From assembly GCA_002773135.1 (NCBI GenBank), contig PFCB01000028.1, positions 4,203 through 68,202 on the forward strand: DNA of 64,000 bases, given 5' to 3'. Below are positions 58,567 to 64,000 of the stretch, piece after piece. The stretch's first letter is position 1. Each line of letters begins with the position of its first letter. The notes below the pieces were generated by a model. The model had not been told where the DNA came from. It ran no database searches and worked only from the letters and a program-made list of their open reading frames with translations. The translations under genes were made by a program, and so were the position numbers. The stretch comes from Candidatus Magasanikbacteria bacterium CG10_big_fil_rev_8_21_14_0_10_47_10. GTDB taxonomy: Bacteria; Patescibacteriota; Patescibacteriia; Magasanikbacterales; UBA922.

Positions 58567-60807
58567 TCATATGGTATCAAGTATGCGTTTTACCCGCCTT
58601 TCCCATGTATATGTATCCATCACCAACCGGTATGCCCTCTGTGCTGCAGCATTGGCACTTTCCCGGCTGTGACGCAGGCCATTGACTGCCCGGGCAATAC
58701 TGTTTGGATCACCCGGCTGGCAAAAAAAGGCCCTCTCCTCTGACAGTACTTCTCTGACACTTGGAAGATCTGAAGCAAGAATCGGACGATTGCTTGCCAT
58801 ATACTCAAACATCTTGAGGGGTGACATAAAGTACGCAAAGTGCTCTGTCCAGGGAAATGGCATAAGCAGTACATCGCAGGCCTTCTGATACCGAGCAATA
58901 ACCGGCTGCGCAAAATGCTCAACAAGCAACACCCTGTCACCAACACCTATTTCTTCTGCCATCTGCTGATATTCCTCTCTATGCCGTTTTTTACCCCCCA
59001 CAGCAAGAAACATCACATTTGAATCAAGCTGTTTCAATGCGGACAAAATATCTGCAATCCCTTTGTCCATTTCCAGTGTTTTGAATCGCCCCATGTAGCC
59101 AATAATAAATTTTTCTTGTGGCAAACCAAACGCGTCACGCGCCTGCTCTTTTGTTGTTGGGATATCAAAGATTGCAGGATCTACAGCATCAGGAAACACA
59201 TGTGTTTGTTTTTTTCGCGCATAGGTATCTGCGTATGTCTTTTCCAAATGCTGTGTGACAAAAATAATTGTATCTACTGTGCGAGATAGGAAGCGTTCAA
59301 CCACCTGATCAATGCCATTTCTTGGCATCTCATGGATCTCATACACGGTCTTGATGCGCAGACGAAAGAGGAGTATCAAAACCGATACCAGCAGCAGCAA
59401 ACGAGGTTCCCTACAGTATACGTGTGTTATGTGTTGTTCCCGTGCATATTGAATGTATTGAAATGCCCGTAACAAACTGTTGGGTGCATTACATTCTTGA
59501 ATGTCAAATTCTTCCCCACCACTACGCAATTTTTTTACCCCCAATACAAATTCGCAATCATGCTGTTTACCAAAAGCACGAGACATGGCAGCAATCTGTG
59601 CCCCACTTCCGGTACTTAGTGGAAATGTTATTGACGTCGCGTATAACAGATGCGCCTTTTGTTCACGCATACGTGTTAGAATGTGATCTGCTCTGGCATA
59701 CCATGTATATCTCTGCACGTCTTCAAATGCTTGCAAGCAAAGGCGCGTAGACACTGACGTATTGTTCTGAATATCTCTTATCGCATGTGCCAGTGACTTG
59801 CTATCTCCGGGCTTGACCAGCAACGCGTTCTTCTGATCTGCCAGGATCTCTCGTACACTTGGCAGATCACTTGCAATAATAGGACGCTTGCTTGCCATGT
59901 ATTCAAACATCTTTAGTGGTGACATACAATACGCAAAATGCTCTGTATATGGAAATGGCATCAGGAGCGCATTACAGGCCTTCTGATACAATGCCACCTC
60001 TCTTCTGGTCACAAATCCCTTAAAGTGAACCCTCTTTTTGACACCAAGTGCGTCTGCTTTGCGTGTATAGTGTGCAATGTCCGTGTCTGTTCCTCCAACA
60101 CAAAGAAAATGAGCAGTAGGAACCGACACCAATGATTCTAAAATAGAATCTATCCCCTTTTGCATGCCCATGGTACTAAATCTGCCAAAGTACCCAACAA
60201 CATATGATCCCAAAAGCATGCCCAGGCCTGCTTGCTGTCTTGCCTGCTCAATTGAAATATCTGATGCAAAAATGTCCATATCTACTGCATCTGGTTGGAT
60301 GAGTATATCTCTGCTAGGATGCATTTTTTTATACTGTTGCTTGAGCCCTTCTGTCACGGCAATGACATGCGTGACTCGTTTTGTAAAGAGCTGGAAGGCC
60401 CACTGCTTTGTCGCAAACACACGATGAACTTCAAAGGCAGTCTTGAATCCACGCAAACCAAATACCCACGCAACTTCTGGCTGTCTTGTATACACTAGAG
60501 TGTCTTTGTCCAATTTGAAAAAAAATAATTGCAGCAAAAACCACATTGTCTGTAGATGAAAACTTATTTTTCCTATCTTAGGATGCCACCTAAGAAAATC
60601 ATAGCTCTTGATCCGTTCTACATGAAATGAATCCTTTTTAAGACCATAGTAATCAAAAATAGTTGCATCTACTTCTTGCTTTCTTGTTGGCAAATACACC
60701 GTCACATCTGCGCCATGCATCGCAAACTGCTCACACATTTTGGTGATTTGGTATCCGCTGGCCTTTTGGCTTGGAATCGTAAGATTTGCGATGTATGCCA
60801 GTTTCAT
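58567..60807 (-). CDS. Tandem double GT4 glycosyltransferase
   Basis: Two GT-B units, each with PDAVD, Y.GRF.T..M.KGI and PFP.TEHFAY.MSPLKMFEYMAS.RPI.ASDLPSVRE. Confidence 0.9.
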   Translation of the reverse strand: MKLAYIANLTIPSQKASGYQITKMCEQFAMHGADVTVYLPTRKQEVDATIFDYYGLKKDSFHVERIKSYDFLRWHPKIGKISFHLQTMWFLLQLFFFKLDKDTLVYTRQPEVAWVFGLRGFKTAFEVHRVFATKQWAFQLFTKRVTHVIAVTEGLKQQYKKMHPSRDILIQPDAVDMDIFASDISIEQARQQAGLGMLLGSYVVGYFGRFSTMGMQKGIDSILESLVSVPTAHFLCVGGTDTDIAHYTRKADALGVKKRVHFKGFVTRREVALYQKACNALLMPFPYTEHFAYCMSPLKMFEYMASKRPIIASDLPSVREILADQKNALLVKPGDSKSLAHAIRDIQNNTSVSTRLCLQAFEDVQRYTWYARADHILTRMREQKAHLLYATSITFPLSTGSGAQIAAMSRAFGKQHDCEFVLGVKKLRSGGEEFDIQECNAPNSLLRAFQYIQYAREQHITHVYCREPRLLLLVSVLILLFRLRIKTVYEIHEMPRNGIDQVVERFLSRTVDTIIFVTQHLEKTYADTYARKKQTHVFPDAVDPAIFDIPTTKEQARDAFGLPQEKFIIGYMGRFKTLEMDKGIADILSALKQLDSNVMFLAVGGKKRHREEYQQMAEEIGVGDRVLLVEHFAQPVIARYQKACDVLLMPFPWTEHFAYFMSPLKMFEYMASNRPILASDLPSVREVLSEERAFFCQPGDPNSIARAVNGLRHSRESANAAAQRAYRLVMDTYTWERRVKRILDTI

Positions 60808-60816
60808 AATCTGCTT

Positions 60817-62523
60817 CTACTTTTTTGCAATAAAGAAATAGCCGAGCGGCACGTGCTTTTCTGAAAGATGATTGCTCGGTCGTATGCGCGTTAGAAATTT
60901 TTTTATAAGCAAATAATCGAGCACCAGATGAATTTTTTCTGCGATCCGCTTCACAAATCGCGGCCGGTACAGCCCAAATTGCAATTGGAATCGCGTACTA
61001 AAGACGCCGGTACCCAGCTCGTGAATATGGATATCGGTAAAACCCGCGCGTTCGAACATTTTTTTCAATGCGGAGCCTGTGTACCGAAAATAGTCATCCG
61101 GCGAACCATGTACATGAAATAAAAATGGTGTGCACCCAACAAACCGACCACCTGATTTTAGAACTCGAAATCCCTCGTTCAAAACCGTTTGATAATCAAA
61201 TATATGTTCCAGCACGTTCATGCACACAATACCGTCATATGACCCGTCTTCCATTGGAAATGGCTGTTGAATGTCAAAACACAAATCACAGCCGGTATCG
61301 GGATTGATATTCACCACAAAAATATCATGCTCCCCTTTCATACGTTCATGGTAGCCGGAGCGTCTGTCTCCCCCAAGATCCAGGACCTTCCCATTGATTG
61401 ACTCTATCTTGGATAAGGCATCATACTCAAGACGCCGGAGTAATGACATTGGTGATTTCTTCATAGGAGTATTTTTTTGTATGTGAGTAAATATCTTTTT
61501 TATCAGGGCAGTGACACTATGTTGTTTCACAACGATGTCTCGTAAATGTACTCCAAGCGCTGTGCGCTCATTTTTTGATAATGTATATATCTCCTCTATT
61601 TTCTGCACGAATGCTGAAACATTATTTTTTTCATACATCAATTTTTCTGTATGAGAACCAAGGACATCAACCAGTGCATCATTGCATGTAAGGATCGGAG
61701 TCCCGCATGCCATTGCCTCAAGAATGGCTTTATCCAAGCTTCCGGTTGTGCTCATGTTTACAAACAAGTCAGCCTTTTGCAAATGTTCCGCGAGATCCTT
61801 ATTTGGCACAGACCCAACAAATGAAATATGCTGATCAAGCCCCATATTTCTTACTGCGTGCTTCAGCTCTTCCAAATATATCTCCTGAGAGGGAGTACCC
61901 GGTGCTCCAATAATGTCTGCTCTCAGCTCAATCCCCTTTTGTTTCAAAACATCAACAGCATGAATCATCAAGCCGTACCCTTTTACCGGTGAAATTCGTC
62001 CAACAGTAACTAATGTAAATACTTGACCTGACTCTGATTCCAAGCGTGGAGTAAATTGTTTTATATCTATCCCCTGATGAAGCACCCGGATCTTCTTGCT
62101 ATCTAATCGGCATCCTTTTGGCGTGGAGGTAAAAATGATGTTGACAAGTATTTCTGCAAGTCGCAATCGTGGAGACACATGACCATGTGCATACCACAGA
62201 GCGATTGGTTTGCGCATAAGTTTCCAAAGGAACCCGCCCAGCAACACATATTCAACAATCATGTGCACATAGACTTGATCGTAGTCTTTTCTATATTTCC
62301 AAATATACGAATAGAGACGCCTAAGATATGTAAAACGAGAAGCGCCGTCTTCTTTGCCAAGACTATGTACAGTTACAGTATCCGGCAAATCAATAGCTCC
62401 TTTACTCAAGCAAACAACAGTAACCGTATCTACATATTGAGATAATTCTGCTACCCAGCGGTGTGTAAACGCCAACACATCGTCATTCGCATCCATCTTT
62501 TCACATAAAAAAAGCAACCTCAT
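60817..62523 (-). CDS. GT4 glycosyltransferase fused to a class I SAM methyltransferase
   Basis: VGRISPVKG, GSLDKAILEAMACG; then VLDLGG, NVLEH, PFL..VHGSPDDYFRYT. Confidence 0.87.
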   Translation of the reverse strand: MRLLFLCEKMDANDDVLAFTHRWVAELSQYVDTVTVVCLSKGAIDLPDTVTVHSLGKEDGASRFTYLRRLYSYIWKYRKDYDQVYVHMIVEYVLLGGFLWKLMRKPIALWYAHGHVSPRLRLAEILVNIIFTSTPKGCRLDSKKIRVLHQGIDIKQFTPRLESESGQVFTLVTVGRISPVKGYGLMIHAVDVLKQKGIELRADIIGAPGTPSQEIYLEELKHAVRNMGLDQHISFVGSVPNKDLAEHLQKADLFVNMSTTGSLDKAILEAMACGTPILTCNDALVDVLGSHTEKLMYEKNNVSAFVQKIEEIYTLSKNERTALGVHLRDIVVKQHSVTALIKKIFTHIQKNTPMKKSPMSLLRRLEYDALSKIESINGKVLDLGGDRRSGYHERMKGEHDIFVVNINPDTGCDLCFDIQQPFPMEDGSYDGIVCMNVLEHIFDYQTVLNEGFRVLKSGGRFVGCTPFLFHVHGSPDDYFRYTGSALKKMFERAGFTDIHIHELGTGVFSTRFQLQFGLYRPRFVKRIAEKIHLVLDYLLIKKFLTRIRPSNHLSEKHVPLGYFFIAKK

Positions 62524-63515
62524 AAAACAAAATTTGCAATTGCGTCTATCCACGCGTCTTTTCTATCTGTTGAAATTATTCTAATTGTATCGCCGGATTT
62601 GGTTTCATACCCGGCACTCCCAACCGCGCTCATGATAATGGGCGTGCCGGCACACTCGGCTTCGCGAATGACCGAGCTATACCCCTCACTACGACTTGGC
62701 GACAAAAGGCAGTCCACGGTTTTTATATACCCTATTGGGTCGTCGGTCCATGCCTCAAAAAAAACATGTCGCTCCAGCACGAGATCCGCGACCTTCTGCA
62801 TAAGCATCTTTTTTTGCGAGCCATCTCCAACAATCAAGAGCCGGTAGCCCGGCTTTAGCACTGCGACCTGCGCCCACACATCTATCAGCCATGATACATT
62901 CTTTACCGGTTCCAGCCGCCCCAGAAACAAAAAAATAGCATCCGCACCGGGATATTTTTTTTTCGCGTCATTTCTTGGTATGTGATCTTTGATGATGCTG
63001 CCATCCATGATCAAGGGAGCGACAGTCAGCGTATGCTCGGGCACGCCCATTACCCGCATGCTCTGTTTTATCCGCTCGCCAACAACACGCACGCGGCTCG
63101 CACGTTTAATCACAAACAAACCGAGATGATATTGAATCCGCTCTTTGGCTGATCCCTTTTTATAATATTCTGATCCGTAAAAGTCACCATGCACCTGGAC
63201 TTCCAGCTCCGCGCGCGACATGATGGCAAGAACCCAACCTGCCAACCCGGTAAAAAAAGGATCCTGCGTTGTTATTTTTTTTATATGGTATTTCCCAATA
63301 ATCCGATCACCCAGCAGCACAAGGCGAAAAAATTGCGCAGCCTTGTTGCCGCCCGTACCGGTGACTGTTACCTCATCCGACAAAGCAATTTTTTGATACA
63401 CTCGCGTCGGAATGATAATTTCCAGCGCTTCATTTTTTCCATACTCAATCATGCGCTGAGCAACACCGCCGGTAGAATCAAATATTTTCCTATCCAAACT
63501 AATCATGAGTTGCAT
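62520..63515 (-). CDS. GT4 glycosyltransferase
   Basis: QDPF, QVHGD, LGRLEPVKN, S.SEGY....REA...GTP. Confidence 0.87.
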   Translation of the reverse strand: MQLMISLDRKIFDSTGGVAQRMIEYGKNEALEIIIPTRVYQKIALSDEVTVTGTGGNKAAQFFRLVLLGDRIIGKYHIKKITTQDPFFTGLAGWVLAIMSRAELEVQVHGDFYGSEYYKKGSAKERIQYHLGLFVIKRASRVRVVGERIKQSMRVMGVPEHTLTVAPLIMDGSIIKDHIPRNDAKKKYPGADAIFLFLGRLEPVKNVSWLIDVWAQVAVLKPGYRLLIVGDGSQKKMLMQKVADLVLERHVFFEAWTDDPIGYIKTVDCLLSPSRSEGYSSVIREAECAGTPIIMSAVGSAGYETKSGDTIRIISTDRKDAWIDAIANFVL

Positions 63516-64000
63516 ATCTGTCGCAATGCTTGCTGAGTATTATTCATCATAGTATCAAACGAAAACGTTTCAAAAAAATCTTCCGGAGGTCGCCCATTGG
63601 GTCTATCAATCAAAAAAGTCCGTATGGCTTTTTCCAAATCATCGCGGTCATTGTACACAAAGAGTGTTCCTGTGCCGGCCGCCCGTATCAACTCCGGATT
63701 CCCAGAACTGTTACTTGCCAGAACAAAGGTACCCAGCATCATCGCCTCCAATATCGCATGAGAGAGTCCTTCGTAACCGCTGTTGAGGATAAACGCGTCA
63801 GCCTGCCGCATGTGTGACAGTGTTTCATTTCTTGAACACACGCCAAGCAGGTGGACTGTTTCATCCAGAGCCAAACGCGATACATGTGACTCGATATCTT
63901 TTCGTGTAGGGCCGTCGCCAATAATTTTTAGTTGTAATGCGGGAAAATCATTTTTTAATCGATGCATGACATCAATGAGAACAATCATTCCCTTCCACGG
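63503..64000 (-). CDS. GT4 glycosyltransferase, C-terminal part (5' end outside window)
   Basis: Frame open to the window edge (..WKG), IIGDGP, NSGYEGLSHAILEAM, GNPE. Confidence 0.85.
   Translation of the reverse strand, partial: PWKGMIVLIDVMHRLKNDFPALQLKIIGDGPTRKDIESHVSRLALDETVHLLGVCSRNETLSHMRQADAFILNSGYEGLSHAILEAMMLGTFVLASNSSGNPELIRAAGTGTLFVYNDRDDLEKAIRTFLIDRPNGRPPEDFFETFSFDTMMNNTQQALRQICNS

Overview
Bacterial chromosomal window, most likely from a Patescibacteria/CPR (Parcubacteria-like) genome. That placement is inferred from SD-less 'tATG' starts, a CCTGCCGGCAGGCAGG mini-palindrome and GC-rich orphan genes; no marker gene confirms it. (1) 1-3.7 kb: two paralogous hypothetical proteins, a tRNA(CAT) and a class B PBP. 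(2) 3.8-25.3 kb: an apparently complete de novo purine pathway (folD, purA, purL, purM, a PurQ-PurS-PurS-PurC-class II PurE fusion, purB, purF, purD-purN, purH, guaB, guaA). It is interrupted by alkD, orphan genes, a DUF559 nuclease flanked by inverted palindromes and several GTCAT-tagged REP-like elements, one inserted in frame in guaA. (3) 25.4-29.3 kb: nucleotide-sugar epimerase and dehydrogenases. (4) 29.3-33.9 kb: a GC-rich block of three self-contained, myxobacteria-like genes. Each has its own sigma70 promoter and hairpin terminator, and one is interrupted by a near-perfect 63-nt hairpin containing an in-frame TAG. (5) 33.9-64 kb: a large minus-strand surface-glycan locus with PseB/C/H/I-like genes plus an SpsF-type cytidylyltransferase but no recognisable PseG, a kinase-aminotransferase fusion, a TagD/TagF-like module, a Trm112-methyltransferase-(alpha/alpha)-barrel fusion, two KpsS-like proteins, an ABC exporter, an HTH_17 protein and several GT4 enzymes. 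All calls come from motif recognition by eye; no database searches were run.
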